Assembly (NCBI RefSeq): GCF_000284455.1
Contig: NC_017039.1
Location: forward strand, 1,740,001-1,772,000
Length of the DNA: 32,000 nt
Direction: 5' to 3'
Origin: Synechocystis sp. PCC 6803 substr. PCC-P
GTDB lineage: Bacteria > Cyanobacteriota > Cyanobacteriia > Cyanobacteriales > Microcystaceae
A program made the position numbers and the translations under genes. A model generated the notes under the pieces. The model ran no database searches. It had not been told where the DNA came from and saw nothing but the letters and a program-made list of their open reading frames with translations. Below are positions 1 to 10,822 of the stretch, in pieces (position 1 is the first letter of the stretch; each line of letters opens with the position of its first letter).

Positions 1-1403
1 CGGTGGGCAATGTCCGCTTCCAATTGGGCTAAATCCACTGCTTGATTACCCTGAGCTTCAAAATCCTTGAGGCGACGGCGGGCTCGTTCCTGAACTGAAG
101 CGGTGAGGAAAATTTTCAATTCCGCGTTGGGAAAAACCTGGGTGCCAATGTCCCGACCTTCCGCCACAATTCCTCCTTGGTCGCCATACTTCCTTTGTAG
201 TTTTAGTAACTTGGCTCGAACGGCTCCCTGGGCAGCAATGGTGGAAACCAATTGGGTCACCGCCGGGGTGCGAATGGCATCACTGACATCTTGCCCATTA
301 ACTTTAACTCCGGTCAATTGGGGGGCAGGACGGGGCATTAGTTCAATCTCCGCACCACTGGTAAGTTCCGCCACCGCTGGTTCATCCTCGGGAGCAATGC
401 CCTGGTCTAAAATCAGCCAAGCCAAAGCTCGATACATGGCTCCGGTGTCTAAATAGGTCAGACCCAGGCCATCAGCCACCTGTCTGGTAACAGTGGATTT
501 TCCGGCTCCGGCGGGGCCATCAATGGCAATAATAGGCAGTCGATGATTAAGCACAAGATTATCAATTAAGCGGGTACTACCCACATAGGCGGCGATCGCC
601 ATTAAAACAGGATTTTGGTCCGGTAATGTTCCAGTGATGGGTTGCAGGGTGTCAGCTTCCACCAATTGCAAATATTGCACCTGGACAGACGGTTCCGCGT
701 CCAAAACGTCCTGGGTGGCGGTCAACAAAGCAGAAACTTGGCGATCGCCTTGACGATATCGCTGTTGGGCGGCTTGCAAACTGCGGTATAGCACCGTAGC
801 CTGTTCCTTTTCTATCGGGCTTAAATATTGATTGCGGGAACTCATGGCCAAACCCGATTCCTCGCGCACTGTGGCACAACTGCGGATAGTCACAGTTAAG
901 TTCAAGTCCTGCACTAGGCGACGAATAATAGCCAATTGTTGGGCATCTTTGGCACCGAAATAAGCCACATCGGGACAAACAATGGTGAACAATTTAGTGA
1001 CGATAGTAGCTACCCCCTGGAAATGGCCGGGACGATGGGCACCGCAGAGAACTTCCGTCATGGCTGGAGGAGGCAGTACCGTAGTTTGATCTCCTTTGGC
1101 ATCAATGCCCAAATCCGTCACCGTCGGGGCAAAAATTACCGCCACCCCCAAAGATTCTGCCCATTGGCGATCGCCGTCGAAGTCCCGGGGATATTTTTCC
1201 AAATCTTCACCGGGGCCAAATTGCAGGGGATTAACGAAAATAGATAACACGACTAAATCCATTTCCGCCACCGCCCGTTTGAGCAGACTGCCATGGCCGG
1301 CGTGGAGAGATCCCATGGTAGGAACTAAGCCCACGGTTTTGCCCCGACCAGCTTGGCGGAGATAGGTTTGTAACCCTGCGATTGTGCGAAAAACCTGCAC
1401 CAT
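1..1403 (-). CDS. panC-cmk: Bifunctional pantoate--beta-alanine ligase / cytidylate kinase (3' end outside the window)
   Basis: Minus-strand reading from ATG at 1403: MVQVFRTIAGLQTYLRQAGRGKTVGLVPTMGSLHAGHGSLLKRA... (PanC), then IIAIDGPAGAGKSTVTRQVADGLGLTYLDTGAMYRA (cytidylate kinase P-loop). Truncated at the left edge. Confidence 0.93.
   Translation of the reverse strand, partial: MVQVFRTIAGLQTYLRQAGRGKTVGLVPTMGSLHAGHGSLLKRAVAEMDLVVLSIFVNPLQFGPGEDLEKYPRDFDGDRQWAESLGVAVIFAPTVTDLGIDAKGDQTTVLPPPAMTEVLCGAHRPGHFQGVATIVTKLFTIVCPDVAYFGAKDAQQLAIIRRLVQDLNLTVTIRSCATVREESGLAMSSRNQYLSPIEKEQATVLYRSLQAAQQRYRQGDRQVSALLTATQDVLDAEPSVQVQYLQLVEADTLQPITGTLPDQNPVLMAIAAYVGSTRLIDNLVLNHRLPIIAIDGPAGAGKSTVTRQVADGLGLTYLDTGAMYRALAWLILDQGIAPEDEPAVAELTSGAEIELMPRPAPQLTGVKVNGQDVSDAIRTPAVTQLVSTIAAQGAVRAKLLKLQRKYGDQGGIVAEGRDIGTQVFPNAELKIFLTASVQERARRRLKDFEAQGNQAVDLAQLEADIAH
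592..599. repeat. Representative HIP1 octamer (GCGATCGC); many copies across the window
   Basis: GGCGATCGCC at this position and repeatedly in panC-cmk, pgi, desA, murF, ctaA, ribBA and others, in both coding and intergenic DNA. Confidence 0.9.
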
Positions 1404-1572
1404 TACTTCTTTGTTATTCTTTGGATTGTGTGCAAACGATGGAGGTCATTAAAACCTTTCCATGGCCGAAGTTTCATTGATATCCCAGACAAATTGCCCC
1501 GCTGTCCTAGACCCCCCGCCGCAAGTCTTCAATGATACAATGGAAGGCTGGAATTCCATCAACGGCGATCGT

Positions 1573-2397
1573 ATGCAAAGACTCATCGAGGGACTACAAA
1601 AATTTCGAGAAGGTTATTTCTCTTCCCACCGTGACCTCTTTGAGCAACTTTCTCACGGCCAACATCCCCGCATTCTCTTCATCTGTTGTTCCGATTCCCG
1701 GGTGGACCCCAATTTAATCACCCAATCGGAAGTGGGCGACCTGTTTGTTATTCGCAACGCTGGCAATATTATTCCCCCCTATGGAGCAGCCAACGGTGGG
1801 GAAGGGGCAGCCATGGAATATGCCCTAGTGGCGCTGGAAATTAATCAGATCATCGTCTGTGGCCATTCCCACTGCGGAGCCATGAAAGGTCTGCTCAAAC
1901 TCAACTCTCTCCAGGAAAAACTTCCTCTGGTGTACGATTGGCTCAAACATACGGAAGCCACCCGCCGTCTAGTTCTAGACAATTACAGCCATCTGGAAGG
2001 GGAAGATTTGATTGAAGTTGCTGTGGCAGAAAATATTCTCACCCAACTCAAAAACCTCCAGACCTATCCCGCCATCCATTCCCGGTTACATCGGGGAGAC
2101 CTTTCCCTCCACGGCTGGATTTATCGCATTGAAGAGGGTGAAGTACTGGCCTACGACGGTGTACTCCATGATTTTGTCGCCCCCCAAAGTCGCATCAATG
2201 CCCTGGAGCCGGAGGATGAGTACGCTCTCCATCCCAACTCACCCCTGATTTCCTACGATGCGTTTAAGGTTCCCGGCAAGGAACGTCCTGGTCGTGAGAA
2301 AGCAACAGAATCCCCAGCTCCCCAACTGTCTCCTTTACCTGGTTTTGGCCATTTGCCCAGGGAACAGGCGGAGCGCATTTATCGAGGCTCCCGTTAG
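1573..2397 (+). CDS. ccaA: Beta-carbonic anhydrase, carboxysomal CcaA/IcfA type with C-terminal extension (ORF is open from 1462; ATG at 1573 gives 274 aa)
   Basis: CCSDSRVDP, RNAGN and CGHSHCGAMKG zinc and active-site motifs; C-terminal extension typical of CcaA. Confidence 0.95.
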   Translation: MQRLIEGLQKFREGYFSSHRDLFEQLSHGQHPRILFICCSDSRVDPNLITQSEVGDLFVIRNAGNIIPPYGAANGGEGAAMEYALVALEINQIIVCGHSHCGAMKGLLKLNSLQEKLPLVYDWLKHTEATRRLVLDNYSHLEGEDLIEVAVAENILTQLKNLQTYPAIHSRLHRGDLSLHGWIYRIEEGEVLAYDGVLHDFVAPQSRINALEPEDEYALHPNSPLISYDAFKVPGKERPGREKATESPAPQLSPLPGFGHLPREQAERIYRGSR

Positions 2398-2470
2398 ACT
2401 GGGTTAAACCCCATTGCAACCTTTGTCGGATAAACGCAAACAATGCCAATTTTAGGTAGGAATTGACCGG

Positions 2471-3220
2471 GTGCTGAATTCACTAATTGCTGACTTTAGG
2501 ATTATTTTTGAGCGAGATCCCGCTGCCCGCAATTGGTTAGAGGTGCTGTTTTGTTATCCTGGCTTGCAAGCTTTACTAATACATAGATTTTCTCATCGTC
2601 TTTATACTCTCGGGCTACCTTTCTTTCCTCGCCTAATGTCCCACCTTGCCCGCTTTTTCACCGGCATTGAAATCCATCCAGGGGCCCAGATTGGCCAGGG
2701 CGTGTTCATTGACCATGGCATGGGGGTAGTGATCGGTGAAACGGCGATCGTGGGGGACTATTCTTTGATTTACCAAGGGGTAACTCTGGGGGGCACAGGA
2801 AAAGAAAGTGGCAAGCGTCACCCGACCCTGGGGGAAAATGTGGTGGTGGGAGCTGGTGCTAAGGTATTGGGTAACATTGCCATCGGTGATAATGTCCGCA
2901 TTGGGGCGGGGTCAGTGGTGTTACGGGACGTGCCAGCAGATTTTACGGTGGTGGGGGTGCCAGGGCGCATGGTGCATCCTTCCGGGGAAAGGGTTAATCC
3001 TTTGGAACATGGTAAGTTACCAGATTCGGAGGGCAAAGTAATTCGCCTATTATTAGAAAGAATTGAATTACTAGAGCAACAGGTGGCCACCTTACAACAG
3101 CAACAATCGGAACAGGCCTGGGAATCGGATTATCGCTCCTGCTCTGAAACTGACCGGGAACCGGTGCTCTGTCGCCTTGGCGATCGCGAAATTGAAGAAT
3201 TTTTGGGGGGCACCCTCTGA
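2471..3220 (+). CDS. cysE: Serine O-acetyltransferase
   Basis: 249 aa; [35 protein letters not shown]...[11 protein letters not shown]...RHPTLG hexapeptide-repeat CysE signature. Confidence 0.95.
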   Translation: MLNSLIADFRIIFERDPAARNWLEVLFCYPGLQALLIHRFSHRLYTLGLPFFPRLMSHLARFFTGIEIHPGAQIGQGVFIDHGMGVVIGETAIVGDYSLIYQGVTLGGTGKESGKRHPTLGENVVVGAGAKVLGNIAIGDNVRIGAGSVVLRDVPADFTVVGVPGRMVHPSGERVNPLEHGKLPDSEGKVIRLLLERIELLEQQVATLQQQQSEQAWESDYRSCSETDREPVLCRLGDREIEEFLGGTL

Positions 3221-3476
3221 TATTCTCCCGGTAGCCATAACTGGGATGGGATGTGGAGGGGCATAGGAGGTGACTATTTGTTGGTTCACTTAGGAATTTT
3301 GGACAGAACTTTGGTGGTTAACCACACACTGTCGCCAAACTTGCCCCATTTTGCTCCGAGGGAATTTTCTGGGGTTGGTGTTGCGGGAAAAGCCTTGGCG
3401 ATCGCCTTTTTTTGTCCTCAATTTTTGGCCGGATGTTTTTTCCTGTTTAATAAAATCTTTCTAATTGTCTTAAGAT

Positions 3477-3515
3477 GTGAACGCAAGGCCGTCCTCAAGG
3501 GCGGGGTTTCAGACC
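3477..3515 (+). repeat. IS200/IS605-like right-end hairpin remnant (solo end) just upstream of pgi
   Basis: GTGAACGCAAGGCCGTCCTCAAGGGCGGGGTTTCAGACCC resembles the conserved right end of IS605-type elements; CCGTCC-TCAA-GGGCGG hairpin; no transposase ORF nearby. Confidence 0.5.
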
Positions 3516-3525
3516 CATTTTTTCG

Positions 3526-5121
3526 ATGAATAACCAACAACTTTGGCAACGTTATCAAGATTGGCTTTATTACCATGGTGGCCTCGATTTTTACCTGGAT
3601 GTGAGCCGCATGGGATTTAGTGATGCTTTGGTAGAAGATTTGCAACCCAAGTTTGCCAAAGCTTTTCAAGATATGGTGGCGCTGGAAAAAGGGGCGATCG
3701 CCAACCCAGACGAACAACGCATGGTGGGGCATTACTGGCTACGCAATCCGGCCCTGGCCCCCAATGATGGGATCCGGGCTGAAATCACTGAACCATTACG
3801 GCAAATCAAAGCCTTTGTCGCTGACGTACACCAAGGGAACATAAAACCCCCCACAGCCCCTAAATTTACCGACCTGCTGGCGATCGGCATTGGTGGTTCG
3901 GCTCTAGGCCCCCAATTTGTGGCCCAGGCCTTGGCCCCCAATTTCCCTCCCTTGGCGATTCACTTCATCGATAACTCTGACCCCGACGGCATTGACCGGG
4001 TGCTGAACTGCTTAAAAGCCCAAGACAAACTAAAAAGTACGCTAGTGGTGACCACTAGTAAATCCGGCGGCACCCCCGAACCCCGCAATGGTCTGGCGGA
4101 AACGAAGGCAGTATTTGAAGCCCAGGGCCTTCATTTTGCCGATTATGCGGTGGCGGTGACCATGCCCGGCAGTAAACTTTCCCAGCAGGCCCAGACGGAA
4201 CAATGGTTACAAGCTTTTCCCATGCAGGATTGGGTGGGTGGGAGAACCTCTGAGTTATCGGCGGTGGGACTATTACCGGCCGCTCTCCAGGGCATTGACA
4301 TTCAGGCCATGCTCGACGGGGCTAAAACCATGGATGAAGCCACTAGGGTGAGGGAATTAAGACAAAATCCAGCGGCTCTATTGGCGTTAGCTTGGTATTA
4401 TGCCGGGGATGGCCAAGGGAAAAAAGACATGGTGATTCTCCCCTATAAAGATAGGCTGTTGTTATTTAGTCGCTATTTGCAACAGTTGGTTATGGAATCC
4501 CTCGGTAAAGAGCGGGATTTGGATGGCAATGTGGTCCACCAGGGCATTGCAGTCTATGGCAATAAGGGTTCTACGGATCAACATGCCTACGTCCAGCAGT
4601 TGCGGGATGGGGTGCCCAACTTTTTTGCCACTTTCATTGAGGTATTGCACGATCGCCAAGGGCCATCCCTAGAGTTAGAGCCGGGGGTCACCAGTGGGGA
4701 TTATTTATCGGGATTTTTGCAGGGCACCAGGCAAGCGCTATTTGAAAATCAACGGGACTCCATCACTGTCACCATTCCCGAGGTGGACGCTACCAGCGTT
4801 GGGGCTTTGATTGCCCTATATGAAAGAGCAGTGAGTTTTTATGGTTCCTTGGTGAACGTCAACGCCTACCATCAACCGGGGGTAGAAGCGGGGAAAAAGG
4901 CCGCCGCCTCGATTTTGGAACTACAGAAGGCGATTCTCTCTACCCTACAAAATGAATCCGGGCCCATTGCCCTAGAAGCGTTGGCCACCAAAGTGCAAGC
5001 ACCAGAACAGGTGGAAACGGTGTATAAAATAGTCCGCCATTTAGCCGCCAATGACCGGGGCGTGACCCTCCAGGGCGATCGCCAATTTCCCCAACGGCTG
5101 CAAATCCAGTGGCGGAGTTAA
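3526..5121 (+). CDS. pgi: Glucose-6-phosphate isomerase
   Basis: 531 aa; [53 protein letters not shown] motifs. Confidence 0.95.
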
Positions 5122-5335
5122 GACAGATTAATTCTCAATTGTTAATGGTGGACCAGGTAATCGCGGCTGAATTCAGAAGCAATTCGGTTCCTGGTCAATG
5201 GCAACGTGTTATAAAAAGAAAAGTTTGTTTACCTGAGTATTAATTCCTAGGCACGGCAAACCTTGGCCGCTTTATAGCCCATGAATCCATAAACAAAATC
5301 TGTCCGACCTTCCATTTGGAGATAAACCTTTATAA

Positions 5336-6391
5336 ATGACTGCCACGATTCCCCCGTTGACACCAACGGTAACGCCCAGCAATCCCGATCGCCCGATTGC
5401 GGATCTCAAACTACAAGACATCATTAAAACCCTGCCCAAGGAATGCTTCGAGAAAAAAGCGAGCAAAGCCTGGGCTTCTGTTTTGATTACCCTAGGGGCG
5501 ATCGCCGTGGGCTATTTGGGCATTATTTATCTGCCCTGGTACTGCTTGCCCATTACCTGGATCTGGACAGGGACAGCCTTAACGGGGGCCTTCGTTGTCG
5601 GCCATGACTGTGGCCATCGCTCCTTTGCTAAAAAACGCTGGGTCAATGATTTAGTGGGACATATCGCTTTTGCTCCCCTCATCTACCCTTTCCATAGCTG
5701 GCGCCTACTCCACGACCACCATCACCTCCACACCAACAAAATTGAGGTTGATAACGCCTGGGATCCCTGGAGTGTGGAAGCTTTCCAAGCCAGCCCGGCG
5801 ATCGTCCGGCTTTTTTATCGGGCCATCCGGGGTCCCTTCTGGTGGACTGGTTCCATTTTCCATTGGAGCTTAATGCACTTCAAACTTTCCAACTTTGCCC
5901 AAAGGGACCGCAATAAAGTCAAATTATCCATTGCCGTTGTCTTCCTGTTTGCGGCGATCGCCTTTCCTGCCCTAATTATCACCACAGGGGTGTGGGGTTT
6001 CGTCAAATTTTGGCTAATGCCCTGGTTGGTGTATCACTTTTGGATGAGCACTTTTACCATTGTGCACCACACCATTCCCGAAATTCGTTTCCGTCCCGCC
6101 GCCGATTGGAGTGCCGCCGAAGCCCAGTTAAATGGTACTGTTCACTGCGATTATCCCCGTTGGGTGGAAGTGCTCTGCCATGACATCAACGTCCATATTC
6201 CCCACCACCTCTCCGTTGCCATCCCTTCCTATAACCTACGACTAGCCCACGGAAGTTTAAAAGAAAACTGGGGACCTTTTCTTTACGAGCGCACCTTTAA
6301 CTGGCAATTAATGCAACAAATTAGTGGGCAATGTCATTTATATGACCCCGAACATGGCTACCGCACCTTCGGCTCCCTGAAAAAAGTTTAA
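5336..6391 (+). CDS. desA: Delta-12 acyl-lipid desaturase
   Basis: 351 aa; three histidine boxes: HDCGH, HDHHH, HIPHH; hydrophobic segments. Confidence 0.95.
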   Translation: MTATIPPLTPTVTPSNPDRPIADLKLQDIIKTLPKECFEKKASKAWASVLITLGAIAVGYLGIIYLPWYCLPITWIWTGTALTGAFVVGHDCGHRSFAKKRWVNDLVGHIAFAPLIYPFHSWRLLHDHHHLHTNKIEVDNAWDPWSVEAFQASPAIVRLFYRAIRGPFWWTGSIFHWSLMHFKLSNFAQRDRNKVKLSIAVVFLFAAIAFPALIITTGVWGFVKFWLMPWLVYHFWMSTFTIVHHTIPEIRFRPAADWSAAEAQLNGTVHCDYPRWVEVLCHDINVHIPHHLSVAIPSYNLRLAHGSLKENWGPFLYERTFNWQLMQQISGQCHLYDPEHGYRTFGSLKKV

Positions 6392-6547
6392 TACTGGGAC
6401 AACTAGTAATTTTTGACCCATGATTGGTCAGTAATTAACTTTGACTGATCCCCAGGGAGAGAAATACCAGATCACAAATTAACTATCTTGGAATGCGGCC
6501 ATCGAGCTGTATTCCTTTTTTCTTTTCTTGGTGAGGAAAAAAACTTT

Positions 6548-7921
6548 CTAAGTGGGCAGATGGGAGCGGTTCAGACTAGAAAGATCCACTCGGCCAAAAT
6601 GAATGCTAAACGCAACCTGCATATTCTCCAAGGTTTTCACTAGCCAAGGTACCCCTTCCCGGGCCACCGACTCATAATGATTAAACAAAATTGAAAAACG
6701 TTTTTCCAAATAAGGCTTAACCTTGGAGCAGAAAAGCACAATTTTTAGCAATACGCCAATGGTCTTCTTCACACCAATATTGGAAATTAGATCAATAAAG
6801 ACATAGTGATCAGGATTTTTGCTACCTTCCACCACCAAAAAGTTGAGCAACTGACTAGAAGTCCGCATCATTAAAAATTCTGTTGGCTTCTGTTGATTGC
6901 ACTCTGGATAGGCATTTTGGAATAGATCAAATAATTTCTTATCAAAACTTCCTTGTTTGTAATTATTCTGTAGGGAGCCCCGGATATATTCGTAAAGTTC
7001 ATCCTTAAAAGTGCCAAAAGATTGGGTATAGGCCACATGGTTACGAAAACTTTTGGAAAGGGACCGGTAACTCTGACCGTTTTCCACGGAACCAACAAAA
7101 TGTTTGAGGGAACTGTTTAGATCCCGATCACTCAGTAGGGTGGGATTTTGCACGGGCTTGATCAATTCCTTATCCGGCAAGATGAGTCCGGCTTTATTAG
7201 TTCTGGCCATGCGCACCCGGTAGGTGACGTACTGAGAAAGGTTAATTTCAAACTTACGCTCATTTTGAGCTTTGATGCGGTGGATAGTTTGGCGATGTTC
7301 CCGACTGCTGTCATCCCCCATAAGACAATAATCATACAGATAGGGATAGCGGTGGATAAGGGTGCCGACGGAGCTAGATTTCGTTTCAAACTTGGTGCTG
7401 ACAACGCTGGCCAATCTTTTCAAGCGGACAAATTGTTCGCTCAAGGTAAAGTTTTTAACTAGTTGGCGGATGTTACCTTTTGTATTACCCCCGGGGCTGA
7501 TGTTAGCCACTGCTTTTTCCACCATATTTACCAGCTGGGGAATGGAACGCTGGGTTTGGGGAGAAAGTTGCCAATAGTTGATCAGAATATAGCAACAACG
7601 GTTAAAAAAGTAGTTAAATTCTTCGGTATTATTTTTAACTCTAATTACTTTTTCTAAGTGGGTAGAAACTTGTCCTTGGGAACTGCCCTGTCCGCTCAAA
7701 AAAAGATTACCCATTACTTCCAATACCCGTTCCCCTTCCACCGACTGGACCAAGTCGAGCAGATAATCATAAATTGCCTGCTCGTCATTCATTTTGTAGG
7801 GGTCGCTAGCCTGGGGATGGTTATAGTTCACAGTGGTAACCCTCTTTGGGGAAAAGGGGGCAAATTGGGAGCAGGAAAAATCGATAATGAAAACGAAATC
7901 ATGAGATAAGGTCAAAGACAC
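6548..7921 (-). CDS. Conserved hypothetical protein (GTG start at 7921; alternative ATG at 7792)
   Basis: Long uninterrupted ORF (457 aa) divergent from murF; no recognised domain. Confidence 0.7.
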   Translation of the reverse strand: MSLTLSHDFVFIIDFSCSQFAPFSPKRVTTVNYNHPQASDPYKMNDEQAIYDYLLDLVQSVEGERVLEVMGNLFLSGQGSSQGQVSTHLEKVIRVKNNTEEFNYFFNRCCYILINYWQLSPQTQRSIPQLVNMVEKAVANISPGGNTKGNIRQLVKNFTLSEQFVRLKRLASVVSTKFETKSSSVGTLIHRYPYLYDYCLMGDDSSREHRQTIHRIKAQNERKFEINLSQYVTYRVRMARTNKAGLILPDKELIKPVQNPTLLSDRDLNSSLKHFVGSVENGQSYRSLSKSFRNHVAYTQSFGTFKDELYEYIRGSLQNNYKQGSFDKKLFDLFQNAYPECNQQKPTEFLMMRTSSQLLNFLVVEGSKNPDHYVFIDLISNIGVKKTIGVLLKIVLFCSKVKPYLEKRFSILFNHYESVAREGVPWLVKTLENMQVAFSIHFGRVDLSSLNRSHLPT

Positions 7922-8072
7922 CCTGGGCCTTTAATCAGGCACCGCTGTGGATGGTAAGATACACCCTGGTCCCATCGGAATAAAACCAGGATGTTTTTAC
8001 TGGTCATTACTGGCTTCCGATTTTTCTGTATCTATTTCTCCTCCAATGTAAGTGATGCAAGCACCCATGGGA

Positions 8073-8088
8073 GGTGATCTAGATCACA
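8073..8088. promoter_or_regulatory. Putative cAMP receptor protein (SyCRP1-type) binding site upstream of murF
   Basis: GGTGATCTAGATCACA matches TGTGA-N6-TCACA at 9/10 positions; perfect 14-bp palindrome GTGATCTAGATCAC at 8074-8087, about 86 bp from the murF start. Confidence 0.65.
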
Positions 8089-8173
8089 GATAAAAATTGC
8101 AAATGACTTAACATTCCTGAGTCAATTCTAACTCAGTTTTCCTCCGCCATATTTTTCACTCCTATTCTTTCCC

Positions 8174-9538
8174 ATGAACTCCAAACTTTCCCTATTTGAC
8201 ATCCGTACATTCCTAGAAAGTTGTCTATTGTCTGTTACCAATCTTTCCGAGGATATACGGATAAATAATATTTGCACCGATACAAGATCTTTGGTGTCAG
8301 GGGACCTATTTCTTGCCTTGCGGGGGGAAAGTTTTGATGGCCATAGCTTCATTCCCCAGGCCTTGACGGCGGGGGCGATCGCCGTGGTGACGGATCGGCC
8401 AGTGGAGGGATTAGGGGAGACGGTGGCCCAATTTTTAGTGGAAGATACTTTGGTGGCCTATCAACACATCGCAGCGGGATGGCGACAACGGTTTACCATT
8501 CCCATCATTGGGGTAACCGGTTCTGTGGGTAAGACCACCACCAAAGAATTAATTGCGGCGGTGTTGTCCCAGTTTGGCAATGTGCATAAAACCAGAGCTA
8601 ATTACAACAATGAAATTGGGGTGCCGAAAACTTTGTTGGAACTATCCCCAGACCATGATTTTGCCATTGTGGAAATGGCCATGCGGGGTCGGGGGCAAAT
8701 TGCTCTTTTGGCGGATATTGCCAAGCCCACCATCGGTTTAATTACTAACGTTGGCACTGCCCACATTGGTCTTTTAGGCTCGGAGTTGGCGATCGCCGAA
8801 GCCAAGTGTGAATTACTAGCCCACCAACCGCCCGAGAGCACCGCCATTCTCAATCGGGATAATGCTTTGTTAATGGAGACAGCCCAACGGTTTTGGCAGG
8901 GAAAAACCATTACCTATGGCCTAGAAGGGGGAGATGTGCACGGGACAGTGGATGGGGAAAATTTAATCCTTGATGGAGTTAGTTTGCCTTTGCCCCTAGC
9001 CGGTGTCCACAATGCCTCTAATTACCTAGCGGCGATCGCCGTGGCCCAATGTTTAGGGTTGGACTGGCAGCAGTTACAGTCGGGGCTGACGGTGGAGTTA
9101 CCCAAGGGGCGGGCCCGTCGTTACCAATGGGGCCAGGACGTGGTTCTATTGGATGAAACCTATAACGCTGGCTTGGAATCCATGTTGGCATCCTTGGATT
9201 TATTGGCCAATACCCCTGGGAAGCGACGTTTAGCAGTGCTGGGGGCGATGAAGGAACTGGGAGATTATGGCCCGACATTTCACCAACGGGTGGGGGCCAA
9301 AGTGAAAGCCCTAGGTTTAGACGGTCTTTTCCTATTAGCCAATGATCCCAATACCGATGCCATTGCCGCCGGGGCTAACGGTGTGGAGACCCAATCCTTC
9401 AGCGATGGGCCTAGTTTAGTGGCAGCCCTAAAAACTACCCTCCAACCAGGCGATCGCCTCCTGTTTAAAGCATCCAATTCCGTCGGTCTAGGGGCTGTGG
9501 TCAGTCAGTTGTTGGCAGAAAATCCCACTTCGGTTTAA
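8174..9538 (+). CDS. murF: UDP-N-acetylmuramoyl-tripeptide--D-alanyl-D-alanine ligase
   Basis: 454 aa; GVTGSVGKTTTKELIAAVL ATP-binding motif, NYNNEIGVPKTLL, DETYNAGLESM. Confidence 0.95.
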   Translation: MNSKLSLFDIRTFLESCLLSVTNLSEDIRINNICTDTRSLVSGDLFLALRGESFDGHSFIPQALTAGAIAVVTDRPVEGLGETVAQFLVEDTLVAYQHIAAGWRQRFTIPIIGVTGSVGKTTTKELIAAVLSQFGNVHKTRANYNNEIGVPKTLLELSPDHDFAIVEMAMRGRGQIALLADIAKPTIGLITNVGTAHIGLLGSELAIAEAKCELLAHQPPESTAILNRDNALLMETAQRFWQGKTITYGLEGGDVHGTVDGENLILDGVSLPLPLAGVHNASNYLAAIAVAQCLGLDWQQLQSGLTVELPKGRARRYQWGQDVVLLDETYNAGLESMLASLDLLANTPGKRRLAVLGAMKELGDYGPTFHQRVGAKVKALGLDGLFLLANDPNTDAIAAGANGVETQSFSDGPSLVAALKTTLQPGDRLLFKASNSVGLGAVVSQLLAENPTSV

Positions 9539-9708
9539 AACGGCAAGGCTTGAGTCAGTTAAAAATGGGGTTAATCTCACTCCAGCGGGATCAATCGAGA
9601 TCAATAGGTGTGGGGTTGGTTGGCAGTGGCATCCAACAAATGGCCTAAAACCAGATGGTTAAGAACATGGCTAAAAACGTCTATCCAAACCAATCTGGCC
9701 TTATCCCT

Positions 9709-10095
9709 TCAGAGGGTTTTGAGGTAATTCAATAAATCCGCCATCTCCTGGGGATTGGGTTCAAACTGGGGCATGGGAGGAGTTTGACCACTCACCACCT
9801 GATGAATGATGTGGCTCTGGGACCGCCGTTGGGATACCCCCCAAAGACTGGGGCCAATGTAACCGTCAGCTTGGATGCCATGGCAAACTGCACAGTTAGC
9901 TTGAAAAATGGCCCGACCCCTATCCGCATCTCCTTTGAGAGCGAGTACCTGGCTTACATAGGGGTCAAAGTTCATAAAACTAAACAAAGCCACTGCCAAT
10001 ATCACCAGGGAAACAATGCCTGCCATAATCCATATCCCAGTGGGGGAAGCATTTACCGTGGCAACAGTTGGACTTTTTTCGATTACAGGGGCCAT
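9709..10095 (-). CDS. cytM: Cytochrome cM (membrane-anchored c-type cytochrome)
   Basis: 128 aa; N-terminal hydrophobic segment; heme motif CAVCHG; distal PPMPQF methionine ligand motif. Confidence 0.88.
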   Translation of the reverse strand: MAPVIEKSPTVATVNASPTGIWIMAGIVSLVILAVALFSFMNFDPYVSQVLALKGDADRGRAIFQANCAVCHGIQADGYIGPSLWGVSQRRSQSHIIHQVVSGQTPPMPQFEPNPQEMADLLNYLKTL

Positions 10096-10338
10096 GGGTT
10101 AAGAACGATTGGTCAAGGTGGCCAGAACCACCACTCAGAAACTTAATCTAACTTAATCTATTGTATTGATGCCGGGCATTCCTGTCTTTGCTCAGTCCCA
10201 GATTGAAGTCCGGATTAACCCTGTTGACAAACTAAAACTCCCCCGATATCGATACCCAGAATTTTCCTAGGTCGGGGGGGGAGCATTGACAAAAATCTAT
10301 CCAGCTCGGCCCCAATGGATCAGCAAGGGCCCGCCGGC

Positions 10339-10797
10339 TTATAGGGGAGCAACTTGCACTTCCACCGTAGCGATGACTTCGGGGTGCAGTTTGATTTGGG
10401 CTTGGTAAAAACCAGTTTTGTGGATATCCGGCAGACTGATGCCCCGGCGATCGAGACTTTGGTTGGTAGCCGCTTCCACTGCATCGGCCACTTCCTGGGT
10501 GGTAACGGTACCAAAAATAGCTTCCGCTTCCCCTACTTGTTTTTTGATCACAAATCGACCGATGGTTTCCAGGGCCACTTTGCGGGCTTCAGCGGCATCT
10601 TTTTCCGCTTTAAGCCGTTCTAGTTCCTTGAGCCTTCTTTGTTCCACCTGGCGCAAAATACCAGGGGTGGCCACCACTCCCAGACCCTTGGGAATGAGAT
10701 AGTTCCGGGCATAACCGGGGGCCACTTCCACTAAATCGCCGGTGAAACCTAGTTTATTGATAGTTTCGTTTAAAACGACCTTGACTCGCTTTGCCAT
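10339..10797 (-). CDS. rplI: 50S ribosomal protein L9 (start trimmed to ATG at 10797, 152 aa)
   Basis: MAKRVKVVLNETINKLGFTGDLVEVAPGYARNYLIPKGLGVVAT is the L9 N-terminus. Confidence 0.95.
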   Translation of the reverse strand: MAKRVKVVLNETINKLGFTGDLVEVAPGYARNYLIPKGLGVVATPGILRQVEQRRLKELERLKAEKDAAEARKVALETIGRFVIKKQVGEAEAIFGTVTTQEVADAVEAATNQSLDRRGISLPDIHKTGFYQAQIKLHPEVIATVEVQVAPL

Positions 10798-10822
10798 AAC
10801 CGTAATTTTTCCAATATGAAGT

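Noticed and set aside
3251-3529. 92-aa ORF between cysE and pgi
   Set aside because: Runs through the IS605-like hairpin and overlaps the pgi start; composition suggests non-coding.
10140-10160. Direct repeat ACTTAATCTAACTTAATCTA upstream of cytM
   Set aside because: Only about 10-bp units in AT-rich intergenic DNA; could be promoter-related but too weak to call.
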